Assembly: GCA_021432655.1 (NCBI GenBank)
Contig: MU271273.1
Span: 1-64,000, forward strand
Reading direction: 5' to 3'
DNA from: Atractiella rhizophila
Taxonomy: Eukaryota
Length of the DNA: 64,000 bases
Part shown: positions 51,133-63,437 of the stretch, piece after piece
How the letters are laid out: every line of letters starts with the position of its first letter
Position numbering within the stretch: the stretch's first letter is position 1
Position numbers and translations under genes: made by a program
The notes under the pieces: generated by a model
What the model was told of the DNA's origin: nothing
The model's database searches: none
Seen by the model: the letters and a program-made list of their open reading frames with translations, nothing else

Positions 51133-54100
51133 ATGTCGGAAGACCACCTCGGTGCATTCAAGATCGAGCCACTCAAGGCAAAGAACTGGGTCGCGTACAA
51201 ACGACGCATCACCGCAGTCTTGCGAGAACTCGACCTGCTCGACTACGTAACAGGATCGAAGAAAGATAGACCGGTTCCTATCAAAGTCAGAGATGCCGAT
51301 GGGGCGGAAACGGTCACGAACCTCGATGACCTCGAGGCATGGGATGTCAAGGATAGGAAGGCGCAGACCCGTTTCGAGCTAACGATTTCGGATGGTGAGC
51401 TTGTACACCTGACGGCGGCGAAGACGGCGGCGCAGATGTGGACGCAGTTGTGTGCGGTGAAAGAGGCGAGAGGCATCCAAGGGATCCTGGCAACACGAAG
51501 ACGGCTGTACAAGACGAAGGCCGAAGAAGGCTTCTCGATGGTTGAGCACATCTCAAACTTCAGGCAGATACAGGAAGAACTTACCTTAATGGGCGACACG
51601 CTCAGTGATCAAGACTTCAGTTTTCTCCTTATCGCATCGCTCCCTGATTCCTGGGACAACTTCACATCAGCCTACTTCGGTGCGAACTCGAACAAACTCA
51701 CCATCACTTCGCATGAACTTTCGTCGCTTCTGACCGAAGAAGAGAGGAGGAGGAAAGAGAAATCTGGCGAGTTAGAAACCGCAATGTACGGGAAGGGGAA
51801 GAGGCTCACCGGCCAGCACAGCGGCGGGAGCAAGCCTGATAAATCCGGCGTTGAGTGTTTCAACTGCGGTAAGAAGGGCCACTTCAAGGCGGACTGCTGG
51901 TCTGCAGGAGGTGGGAAGGAAGGCCAAAGACCTGGCAAGAATCAGAAAGGCAGGGGAAGAGGGGAGAAGGCTCACCAAGCGAAAGATAAAGCCGGCGACT
52001 CCGCCTTCCAGGGAACCGAGCATTTCGACGCAAGACTCTCGCGCAGGGTATGGCTCGGGGATTCAGGCACCACCTCGCATATCAGCAACAGTATGGATGG
52101 CTTTACGAAGGAAGCATGCGTACCTCTCTCAAACTTCTCAATACACGGACTCTCGAAAGAGCCAATTCCAGCGACGCTCCGAGGACCGTACACGCTCCAC
52201 GTCCTTGTCAACGGTCAGTCAAAGACCTTAACGCTCAAGGATACGCTCTACGCACCTGATGCACCGAATTCACTCCTTTCCATTGGACGACTCGACGATG
52301 CGGGTGGGGAAGCAACATTTGGGCATGGCAAGATTAAACTCTGGAGCAAGAACCGTCAGTTGCTTGCTCAGGGCACGAAGAGGGGGAGGCTTTACCAGTT
52401 GGACTTGGATGCAAGCAAGGCAACGGCTCTGGTGGTGGCAGAGAAACCGGCAAAGACTTGGGATGAATGGCACCGTGCATTCGGTCACATCGGCATGTCG
52501 ACACTGGAAGAGCTGCACAAGAAGGGATTAGTTGACGGTATGAATGTGGATACGACGAGCTCACCTTCCATTTGTGAAGCCTGCATCCAAGCAAAACACG
52601 CGCATAACCCCTATCCACACGAAGCGTCAACACGAGCCGAGCAGCCTGGGGAACTCACCTACTCCGACGTCTGGGGACCCTCACAAGTCCCTTCGATTGG
52701 CAACTCACGATACTACATCTCATTCACCGACGACTGCACGCGTCGGACCACGGTATCGTTCATGAAGACAAAGGACCAGGTGCTGTCGAAAATTCAGTCG
52801 CATGTCAATCTCGTCGAAAAAAAATACGGACATGTTCCCAAGAAGGTTCGCGTTGATCAAGGCAGCGAGTTTATTGGGCAGAAGGTGCGCGATTGGTTGG
52901 AGGTCGAAAAAGGAATCGAGCTCGAGGTAACTGCGCCGTACTCGCATCAGCAATTGGGCGTGGCGGAGCGCATGAACAGGACACTGGTGGAACTGGCAAG
53001 GGCGATGCTTTTTGCTAGGAAACTATCAGGACGGCTCTGGGCGGAGGCAGTGAAGCATGCCGCTTACCTACGAAACAGAGCGCTCACGCGAGCACTGTAC
53101 GGCAAGACGCCTCACGAGGCATGGTCTAAGGAGAAGCCGGTTGTGGGCGAGCTCCAGGAATTCGGACGGGACGTATGGGTGATAGACGAGAGGCAGAAGC
53201 CAAAACTGGACCCCAAATCAGTAAAGGTCATCTTTGTGGGGTATGAAGATGGACCAAAGGCAATTCGATACTATAATCCAAAGACACAGCGAGTTCTCAT
53301 CTCGCGAAACTTCAAATTCGGAGAGGATGAAGAATCGGTCACCATTCCTTCTGTCCAGCCCGCTCCGACCAAGAAAAGAACAGAGGAGAAGAGTGGGAGC
53401 GACTCACCTGCTCCCAAAGACCCAGAAACCCCATTACCACATCCCACCGAACCGATTACTCCATCTACCGAAACCGCGCCAGATCCAGACCCGCCTGCGC
53501 CAGCCTCTGCGACCGTATTAGGAAAACGTCCAAGAGCGACGGTCGACTACTATACCTTGCACACCGGCAAGCATCGACCAAAGAGTCGAGCACCATCTTC
53601 GTCCACTATGCCGCCGATGAACGACCCCGTACCCTTTGCGAACGCCAGCAACTTTGCGCTCGCGTTCCTCTCACAAATCTCCCTCACCGACGACAATCCT
53701 CAGACCTACGACGATGCGAAAGAAGCAAACGACTGGAGAGACTGGGAGAAGGCCATGGAAGGAGAAATCAGTCAGTTGCAGAAGTTCGGGACGTGGAAGA
53801 AAGACTTGGTCGAGTTACCACCCGGCAGGAAGGCCGTAGGCTCCAAATGGGTGTTTGTTCGGAAGAGGAACGAGCGCGGAGAGGTGGCGAGGCACAAGGC
53901 TCGATTGGTGGCGCAGGGATTCCTGCAAATCGCAGGACAAGACTTCAACCAGACGTTCTCACCTGTCGCAAGACTGGAATCCTTGCGCACTATCGTGGCA
54001 CTTGCGGCGGCTCAGGGATGGGAAATTCATTTGATGGACGTCGTCGGGGCGTATCTCAATGGAGATCTGGAAGAAGATCTGGAGATTTACCTGAGGCAGC

Positions 54101-55258
54101 CTCCCGGATTCGACGATGGGACGGGACGCGTCTACAGGCTCGTCAAAGGGCTGTACGGCTTGAAGCAAGCCGGAAGGATCTGGAACATCAGGCTCAACAA
54201 GGTCCTCGAGGGCCTCGGGTTCAAAATATCAACAGCAGACTACTGCGTCTACATTCGCAGGACGGGAGGCACCGTCACGACCCTCTTAGTCTGGGTTGAC
54301 GACATCGTGCTTGTCTCGAACGACAGAACCGAGCTTGCAACAGTCAAGGAGGAGTTGCAGCGTGCCTTCGAGGTCACAGACCAAGGGCAGGGCAACCTCC
54401 TGCTCGGAATCCAAATCCTACGAGACAAGGAGAAGGGCACGATTGCACTTTCGCAAGCAAATTACGTCGACACCATGCTCAAGCGCTATCACATGGAGAA
54501 CGCAAAACCTTCATTTATTCCAATCGATCCGAACACAAAGCTGCTGCCGAGCAGCGACAGCGATTCTCTTGTCGACGAAAAAACTCTACCAAGGAGCGGT
54601 TGGATCGCTCATGTACGCCGTGATGGGGACGCGTCCCGACATCGCGTTTGCGGTCCAAACTGTCAGTCAATTTTCTTCAAAGCCAAATCAATCGCATTGG
54701 ACAGCGGTCCAACGCATCTTCCGCTACCTCAAAGCGACGAAGGAACGGGCGCTTGTTTACGGGGGTGACGGAGGGAGGCTCACCAAAGTTGTCGGGTACT
54801 GCGACGCTGACGGGAACTCCAGCGAGGCAAACGGACGCAAAGCCATCTCTGGCTACGTGTACCTTGTGTCGGGGGGTGCGATATCTTGGTCCTCAAAGAA
54901 GCAGACCACAACAGCGCTATCAACTACTGAAGCCGAGTACGTCGCAATGTCGCATGCAGCCCGGGAAGCCATCTGGCTGCGAAAACTCTTCACGGACATC
55001 GGATTCGCACCAAACGGCGCAACCACTCTTTTCTGCGACAACCAGGCCGCGATATCTCTCTCGGCGAACCCCGAGTTTCACCGTCGCACAAAGCACATCG
55101 ATATAATCCACCATTTCATCAGAGATCAAGTCACTGATGCGAAAATCGACGTCGCATACGTACCTTCCGAGGAAAACCTCTCTGATATTTTCACCAAAGC
55201 TCTCTCAAGACCTGCGGTGGACAAGTTCACTCAAGAAATGGGATTGGTGACGGACTGA
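51133..55258 (+). CDS. Copia gag-pol polyprotein (gag, CCHC knuckle, protease, integrase, RT, RNase H) with one frameshift near 54580
   Basis: CFNCGKKGHFKADC; WLGDSGTTSH; WHRAFGH...C..C; SDVWGP, DQGSEF, GVAERMNRTL; KARLVAQG; LYGLKQA; VWVDD; second frame LYQGAVGSLMY...CDAD...STTEAEY...KHIDI. Confidence 0.96.
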
Positions 55259-58200
55259 GGGGGTGTGTTGAAGTTCAGCCCGCCACCACCACTCACGGCT
55301 TACTAAGAACGACGTGATGCCACATATTCGAGGGGATTCTATTTTCTTCTCGCTTCTTCTTGCTTACTTATTTTCTTACGCGTTGGTGTACTTCTAGAAT
55401 TTGTTTGCCACATCTTTCTCAGATATATAAACCGTGTTAAAGTCAGGCAGAAATATGTAGTAATGATATCTTTGTTTCCTCTCAACTAAAAAACTCGCAT
55501 CATTATTCGCAGTCTTACAACAGTTATTGGGTGTGCGACGGTCACGATTTTGCTGCTCTGTCGTGCAGTTGAGGCTGTTCTTCACTTCCGACTTCTTGTT
55601 GAGTTTGTAATCATGTTCATCGAAAAATAGAAGTCGTCTTTACTCAGCTTTTTCACGATAGTCTGTCGTCGGCACATTTCCACCATGAAGGAAGCTCTCC
55701 AGCTCCTCAGGCGACGCATTACGAATCCATTGGGCATCGACGTCTGCCATTGCACTGTTTAAGCAAAATATTACGCTGGCTAGAAGTATACGGACCATTT
55801 CTTAGGAGGAATTCAGGTTCCCTTTCTGCCACAACTTCAATTCTACGCTCTACTTCCCCTCCATCTCCTCCTCCTCATCTTCGACTGTCTTCTTCGGTGC
55901 TATGACGTCCTCATGCCCATCCCTCGCATTGGCAGTAGAATCTTCATCATCACGTTCCTCCTCTTTTGACTAGTAATTTCGTGCCTTCTTGCTGTAATCA
56001 TGAATGATAACCTTTCCGGGATCCTTAGGGCACATAAATGAATATCCCTCTCTCTCTATCCTATCCCAGTCAAAGTCGATCTCCAGGCCGCCTTTGGAAT
56101 TTGGCCACTCAAACAAACTGGCACAGCAGCTGTGAAAGTCGACAGATCCGGCGGTAAGGTCTTTTGAAAATTGAGTTGGACGGATATGGTCAAGAGCTCT
56201 TCCGGCCTCCCACATTATACGCTGCTCCTTGTTAGTCGACTCGAGGGTAGGATCGCGCGCATAAATTTGGTCAAGGAGTCGAACGTGTGAAGATCATAAG
56301 ATGAGGTCGCTCAGATCCATGCGACAATCATGATGGCCGTCCATGCGAGTGCGTCCAAAATGTTTCTCAATCGCATTGGATCCGGTGAACTGATAATGAA
56401 CGAGGATGAAGGGTCCATGAGCTTAAGCTTTGCAGCTTCTCCAATCGTACCGCAGATGGCATTCTGAATGTTGTGGTACAGTTGAGACGGCATGAAGAGA
56501 CCACAATTCTGGTGGTAAAGAGTGAAAGTGAGGATCTGAATCGTCATGAGGCGAGTTATGGCTTCTTCAAGAGAGAGATGGTCGTAGTAGGCTGAGTAGT
56601 AGTTGCGCATGAATCGGGCATAGACAATAACCGCATGGTGGTGCTGCTTTTAGACTTTGCTGACCCAAGTCTTCCCTTCCTCCGGCAACTCTTCCTCATA
56701 CTTCAATCCCATCTTGCTCATCCGCAACCAGGCCAGCTCCGTACACTTCCCAACATTTTGTTTATCATCTGGGAACATCCTATTGTTGTAGTAGTATGGC
56801 GTCTTACTACCACAGTGAACGTCCCAGAGATCGTGGAGGATTGCTGACGGCTTGAGGAGATGGTTCCGATGAGGATGCCGTCTGCTCTTCCTGACCACTT
56901 CCTATCGCGTTTGCCGCTATGAGTCCAGTCGGGATTGGCGACGAGCTCGTTCTCCCCACATCAAATTCCATCAAGAAAGCGAAGGCGACCGATGATTGGT
57001 TCAATAAAAGGAAGTGTTTCAGCAAGGGTGGTGTGATGCGTGAGAAGTCCGAATTCAAGCCGCACGGTGGGATCGCTGTCCGCTGCAAGCTCTCCGACAT
57101 AGTGCTTCTACTGCTTTAACCAGTTGTTGACAATCAGCAGCGTCATTCGAGAAAGTGCGGTCAACTTCAACAGCTTCTGATCATCGTTCAAGCAATCTGT
57201 TGATGAGATGTAAAACCGGCAAGTCATTAAAACCTATGTGCATTTCTGAGTTACCGTTGAAATAACATTTGAAACCACAAACCTTTCTAGGAGTTTGCCG
57301 CCAAAATACACAGTCACATTATTCGCTAAGGTCGCCTTCCCACAATCTAAGTCAGATCGTAGTTCCTTAAGTCGTTCGGGCGAATCCAGCTCGATGGAGA
57401 GAGAGAATGAACACTCGCGCGATGCACTAAGGGCTCTGTTCATTTTGAGATTGACTGAAGCGGCTGTCTTAATACTAACATCATCCTTAATCAATAACAG
57501 GGACGTGGTTGGTGCGTCTACGAGCTCCTCATTGATAGAAATCAGGCTGAGCTGATACTTGATATCTGCAGCCGTCGGCCAGCCAATTGATGGGTGGATA
57601 CTGTCTTTTACTTTCGAATGGCGAATGATTGATGTTCGACTCGGGAGGTAGCCCGCTTGGTGAAGCATATCCGTAATCCCTCTCCCACCTCTCCTGTAAA
57701 TCATCTCGCCAATGTTACACTCTGTTTCCGAAAAGCGCTCAACTTTAGCATCTCCCGCAACAACCGCTTTGAATGCTTCCAAAGTTTCTGAGATCGATCG
57801 ATGGAGGTTGATTGACTGCTGGCAAAAGGCAGCTATACAGGGGTACTCGGATGCCGAAAACTCATAGATGAGGTTGTGATACTCTTTGCGTTCTTCGCGG
57901 AGCTTGTCTCGCTGCTCTCGTACCTCTCTTGACTTCGTGTTGATATGCGTTAACTCGAACCACTGCATCCTGGATCTTTTCTTCCAGTTGGGCATGGCAG
58001 AGATACCGATTTGGACCTAGCTTGAGAAATATGTCTCTCTGCTTTCGGCATGGTTGGGATGAACTCTTTGATTTCCCCCATAAGTCCATAGTACATCCCC
58101 AGTGTCGATGATAAGGATGGAGAGGATGTTGTTGACATCTCGATTGTGGCGTTGCGAAAAGATTAAAGCCAAGTCGCAACTGCTTCAACTCCGTCCCACC

Positions 58201-58449
58201 TCTGCTTTCCACAAACATTGACGGTCTAAGCAACACTGGTCAACATAATTCTCTATTACGCCCTGATAACGAAGGCAGAGTGCGAGCATGTCATGTGTTG
58301 AGGATCAGCGTGTGTGGCAAGAGGACAAGTATCTTCAGTTCTTCATCAGAGAGTTTTCCGAGTTCGTCAAGGGTCTCCTCTAGTATCTTGAACCTCCCCC
58401 CTCGTCGTTCAGGCATCAACCGAAGATGTCTCACAATAAAACGAAGCTA

Positions 58450-59400
58450 TTGCTGCTGATTAGCAACATAAATAGCATAGAAGGACATACCTTAGCAAGG
58501 ATTTCCTTAACCATTCCGACCTGAACCACGATATCTGAATGGTGTTCAAATGGCAGTTCTCCACCTTCCCTCTTGTTCTTCCGGGTAACTTCCCCTGCCA
58601 GACTACTGATTCCTTTCCTTCATCCTCCTTCCCCTTCTGCGGGAAAGCACTGATAACTTTCAAAAGCTCTAAAGCCGCAAGATGAATGACGTGAACAGAA
58701 CAGAACATGCGGTGTTCTTTTGCGTTTGAAGGGATGCCACGCTCTAGCAATTGGGACTCAATCTGTGGATACAGACAGGAATGTGTCCCATTGCCTTATC
58801 AATATCCTCTTGAGGGATGTCTACTTTCTTCCACACCATGAGCTGTAACTTCTGGTAAAGGGCATTGGCCCTTCTGTGATTTTGAGTCGTCTTAAGATGA
58901 CATTCCAGGCCAGAGTGATTATTGTGACTTGTTTTTTGCTACTCGGCAGATGAAATAGCAGTGATTGCACTTGTAGTATTTGTCCCCTTCCTGATGACCT
59001 CCTTGATCTGTGTTGGCGCCTCATCCTTGGAAATCTGAAAAGGTAATGTACCGTGGCTCGTTGTCGAGTGCCAGTTACCTGAATGAGCTAGTAGGAACGG
59101 AAACCTGAGAAGTAGTAGAGACACACCTTCGAGCGTTGAACATGCCACTTATTTGGACTAAGGGCTATCATTGTAGAGGTAGGTTGACCATTCTCTCACC
59201 ATGGCCTATTTTTCAAGGCTGTTTGAATGGAATAAAGGACGAACCTGGACTCGTTTCTTGGATTTCTTAAACATCTTCCCTGGCAGCATCTCGGCTAGCT
59301 CCCAGTTCGATACCTCCGTTTCATCTTGCTCCACCTGTTCGCCATCCTCTCCACTATCACTTTACTACTATCTCATTCTCTTCTCCTGAAGACAGGGCAA
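58450..59400 (-). pseudogene. hAT transposase remnant (N-terminal and central part)
   Basis: HRMFCSVHVIHLAALELL matches the hAT CxxH motif; upstream His-containing fragments; degenerate. Confidence 0.55.
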
Positions 59401-60817
59401 AGAGCCCTCCATCGCCCCTGTTTCATCCACTACTAGATCCGCCAGGAGCAGTGGGTTGAAAATGGACTGCTGCAGCGCACAACGAACTTTCCGAGCTTGC
59501 ACAATATAGGATGGTAAGTCGTATTTATTCTCACTTTCACATAAACCATCCCAGAGCAGTTTAAGGCTTTTAAGACGGTGTCAAAAACCAGAATCAGATG
59601 AAGATTGGGGCGGTATCCAGAGAATGCGCGATGAAGGGGCAAACGGTATCTTCTTCCTTAGAAGAGAGCTGTTTCCTCAGCTCCTCACATGTCTTGTAAA
59701 GCCAAAAAGAAGCCTAAGCAATGAGTCAAAATTAAATAGGAAGGGTGAGAGAAATAATGTATGTAGTTTCTGTCCTGCCGCATGGTTGTGACCACACTCT
59801 TCAAGACAAGACTTCAAGCTTGTCATAACCGGGAATGGCAAAGTTTCTGTAATGCGAATATGGACCCAATGAGAGTAATCCGGGCCGAGTGCAGAATGAA
59901 AGGCTTTACATCTCACGGTCTGATTTTTCTTTCTCTCTTGCTAATTGACGTTCCTTCTTCATTATTCCTCTTTACCATATCCACCAACTTGATTTGGCAT
60001 GTTGGCTTTGATGGCACCTGCTAATGATGGAGAAAGTAGTGCCAGCAACACCCATGATGCCTTTTATCGACAATTTGGGATCAACACTTTGAATGGAGCA
60101 CTGGAGCGACTGAGGCGAGACTAGTCAGAAGAAGATTCTGGTCTTAAATTGGACAGGCACCAGGTGCACAGAGGAACCTCTGACTTCTTGTTCTTGATGA
60201 GCCAGCCGACCTGGCCAGCTTGACTAAAAGATCCTACATAAATTTGCGCAGCTATAGAAATCTGAAGCCACGTTAGGAGACGTGTTGTTGTTGTGGTGGA
60301 AAGAAGATGAAGAATTAGAAGGAGGAGGAGAGGGCGATATTGGTCTTTTCTTCAAGAGAATGGAAGGGATAGGAGCATGATTTAGAGTTTCAATGCTGAT
60401 TGCAGAAGAAGGTTGACTGAGGCTCAGCCCATTATCATAGACCAAGAAACGACCCATCATGCTAAGTGGGGAGCAATCAAGAAGGCAGAGAGGTTGTTGA
60501 CATTTTTCCATGTGTGACTGAACAACAGCAAGAGGAATTGTCCCATATTTATTGACTGCTCCTTTCTGTTTATCCCAGCCAATAATATGCATTTGCAGAC
60601 CTTCCCAAAAATGAAGAGTGTTCTGAATCCAACCAATCGAATAATCATGACAAAAGTGCTGAAAAGACTTGTGATACAGAGTGCAGCAATTTGTGTTACA
60701 AGATCAACTAGGGCTCCACATCAGTGTCAGCGGCGCCGTCGAAGCTCTTCACTATCTGTATCATCATGACCAGCTCGACGACATCAGAGACAGCGTTCAT
60801 CCTCCACTGAGGAGTAT

Positions 60818-61849
60818 CAACCCTTCACTTGCAACCCACACTGGGCAGAGATCACAGAAGCCCTCCTACCGGGACAAAAACCAGAGGATCAACCAGATTT
60901 GGTTTCAAGGGTTTTTCGACTGAAGGCTCTGGAGTACATCAAGGATTTAGTGGTACGACAGATCTTTGGAAGGGTTATCGGATATGTCTGGGTCATTGAA
61001 TGTCAGAAGAGAGGTCTACCACATGCCCACATCATGTGGATGGCATCAACGATCGCTTGATTCCGTGGCTCGCATCCATAGGAGATCGGGTATATTATAG
61101 TGCAGATCAAATTATAGATGACGAGGGAGATCTCAGAAATCGCTTCTCTGTCAAGTACCTGAATACCCTGGAGATCTCTGGATTCCCTTCGCATCGTTTA
61201 CACCTCAAGACTGGTGCACCCATCATTCTTCTGTGAAATCTCAATCCATCTGCTGGCCTGTGCAACGGCACGCGGCTCATTGTCACTCAGCTTCTCCGAC
61301 GAGTCATCGAAGCAACCATCATTACAGGTGCACACAGTGGCGAATCTGTTCTCATTCCTCGAATCGGCATTGACAGTGCGGTATCAAACCAGCTTCCTTT
61401 TCAAATCCAGCGCTTCAATTTCCTGTGCGCTTAGTGTTTGCCTTAACTCTGAATAAAGTGCAAGGACAATCTGTTGGACATGTGGGTTTGTACTTAGAGT
61501 CTTCTCCTTTCTCTCATGGGCAGCTTTATGTTGGTCTTTCACGGGTTTGAAATGCAAACAATTTACGAGTACTGGTCCAACAAAGCAAGGAGACGAAAAC
61601 AAGCAAACAGATAATGTAGTTTACAAGGAAGTGTTATGAGTACTCAATCACTGATCATCTCTCAGCATGTTCCTAACAATATAGTCAACACTAAGCTTTC
61701 ATTGTTTTTTGAAGACAGTAGAGTACATATGATGAGTCTGTGCTCGCTGAAGGCGAGGCCCCACGCAGTGGCTGCCGGAGGCTGGGGTCCAAGGGGCGAA
61801 GCCCCTGGTGGGGGGAGATGCCTGAGGGACGAGGGCACTGACACACTTG
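60818..61849 (+). mobile_element. Helitron copy C: 5'-truncated close relative of copy A
   Basis: High similarity to 3965-5084 including the same Rep/helicase deletion junction; ends CTTG|T at 61846-61850. Confidence 0.92.
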
Positions 61850-63154
61850 TATGAACCAAGGAAATGACGATGGGCGGGTTGTCAGTGTAGTAACCAGGTT
61901 GCTTGTATCTCTAAGGACCCTCAATATTAGCCTTCCTTTCCCTCAGTCTTTTCAGTATCTTTCTACCTCTCTTTGTCTATAATGATTTCTTCACTTCTCT
62001 CTTATGAAGTAGATTTGATTTTAGTACTGCAACACATGGCTTGTTAAGCAGATGCATTCGCTAATACGAATTTTTTGTGCTCTGATCTACACCCTTGATT
62101 TGGAGCAGTGCTACAGCTTAACCTCCTAACTTGGGTAGCTGGCACAGAGGTATTAGAAGGGGGGTTCCTGATATCTGATATCCTCTTCGAGTGCCGGCGG
62201 GGTCGTATCATTTGCAGCAAACAGGAGAAATAGAAGGTACAGCAACAGGCGGCACAATCCTCCTGCTACCTATGTTTACCTTTAGATGCAATGAAGAGGA
62301 CAGGACCGCAAGAAGTGAGCGTGATCATGGCATAGGCAAAAAGCAAAAACATCCTCGTTAGGGCAATCGGGAAGCTCTTGAATCGCCATGCTACGAAAAA
62401 TACAACTGGGACATTGGTAACCACTTTGCTCGGCTACTCAACATGGGGCCTTCGCTGCAACCAACTGCAACTACTGACTTGAAACGGTTGTGGTGCAGCT
62501 GTGTTTAGAAACCTTCTCATATACATGACGATATAAAGGATGCATCTTCTCATTGTGCATCTACCATGCTAGAAGAATAATTCTTTTTACATTTAAGCCA
62601 TAAAAGATGAGTCTATTGTTCATTATAAGAGGAAAGGGGAAGAAGATTATTGCAGCAAGTAGAATTCTCTCTTGATGGGTGGATAGCCTCTGCATTGCAA
62701 TATTGTCTACCTTCTCATGTGGCTGCCAGGATTATTGCACCTCAAGCCTATGGAAGTACCAACGATTGGATGGTGACGTGCAGAATTATTGCTCCCCGTC
62801 CCATTCTCAGTTCCGTAATAGTAGAAGAATATATATAGCAAGTCCTATACTCCCATACAAGACAGATATTATCTTGACTGTTGTAGCCGGGTGATGTGGT
62901 TTCATGCCTGTGAGTTCATTTAGCCTTCTGGAAAACAAGCAGGATGAGAGAGTTTAGAAATCTGAAGGATGGAAGGTTCAACCTCTTCTCACATGGGAAA
63001 CTTTGATGAGTGAAAGATGAGATTATATATTTCCAATGAATAACTGCCTTGAAAGATGGGAATCACTTCTCTTTTATATTATTCTTATTATTCCATTAGG
63101 TATGTTGAATTTTATGTCTTCAAGCTCTGAAGTTCGAGAATATTTCAATGTGCC

Positions 63155-63208
63155 TGGTGAGGGAGGTATGAGGGCTCAAAAGTGCGCTTTATGACTCATA
63201 CCAAGAAC
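63155..63208 (-). repeat. Short copy of the 5' part of Helitron fragment E
   Basis: TGGTGAGGGAGGT.TGAG.GCTCAAAAGTGCG..TTATGACTCAT.CCAAGAA shared with 43477-43529. Confidence 0.75.
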
Positions 63209-63254
63209 GGATGGCTTTTAGTGGTAAGGATTGATAGTGAGCCTCTATGAAAAT

Positions 63255-63437
63255 GGACTCAGTCCTTTGTCAGTCAGAAGTCAGTACTAGTCAGTAAGTA
63301 TTCAGCCACTGAGTTTTGACGGATTCTGACTGACTTTAGATCAGTAAGTGCCAAATGAAATGACAATCAACTCAGTCTACCACGGTCAAAATTCAGTCTG
63401 GCGTTTTTCACTACCGTCAAAATTCAGTCTACACTCT
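63255..63437. repeat. TCAGT(C/A) repeat array, probable one-sided DNA transposon end
   Basis: Many TCAGTC/TCAGTA motifs; GTCAAAATTCAGTCT twice; ends CAGTCTACACTCTA (TAGAGTG on the minus strand, hAT-like); partner TIR not found. Confidence 0.45.

Larger units (their letters stand above)
50787..55522 (+). mobile_element. Full-length Ty1/Copia LTR retrotransposon
   Basis: 257-bp LTRs (50787-51043, 55266-55522), TG...CA, no differences seen; TSD GTTAT (50782-50786, 55523-55527); PBS GGTTATGAGCCC; PPT-like GAGGGGG tract before the 3' LTR. Confidence 0.98.
49418..58400 (-). pseudogene. Large P-element/THAP9-like transposase gene (fungal type), degenerate and split by the Copia insertion
   Basis: GGRG..DML...GYLPSRTS...IHPSIGWPT; LLLIKDD...N......REC; SDG..TVR; DKQNV; LSLEEAI..L; LYHNIQ; GSNAIEKHFGRTR (D.LE.FFG.IR-like); C-terminal CP..C...WLY...H...H finger at 49418-49807. 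Family assignment from remembered motifs. Confidence 0.6.

Noticed and set aside
54570..54590. Programmed ribosomal frameshift in the Copia element
   Set aside because: It lies late in RT rather than at the gag-pol boundary; a homopolymer indel is the simpler explanation
51243..55129. Many short antisense or alternate-frame ORFs inside the Copia element
   Set aside because: Shadow ORFs of a GC-rich coding region with no independent support
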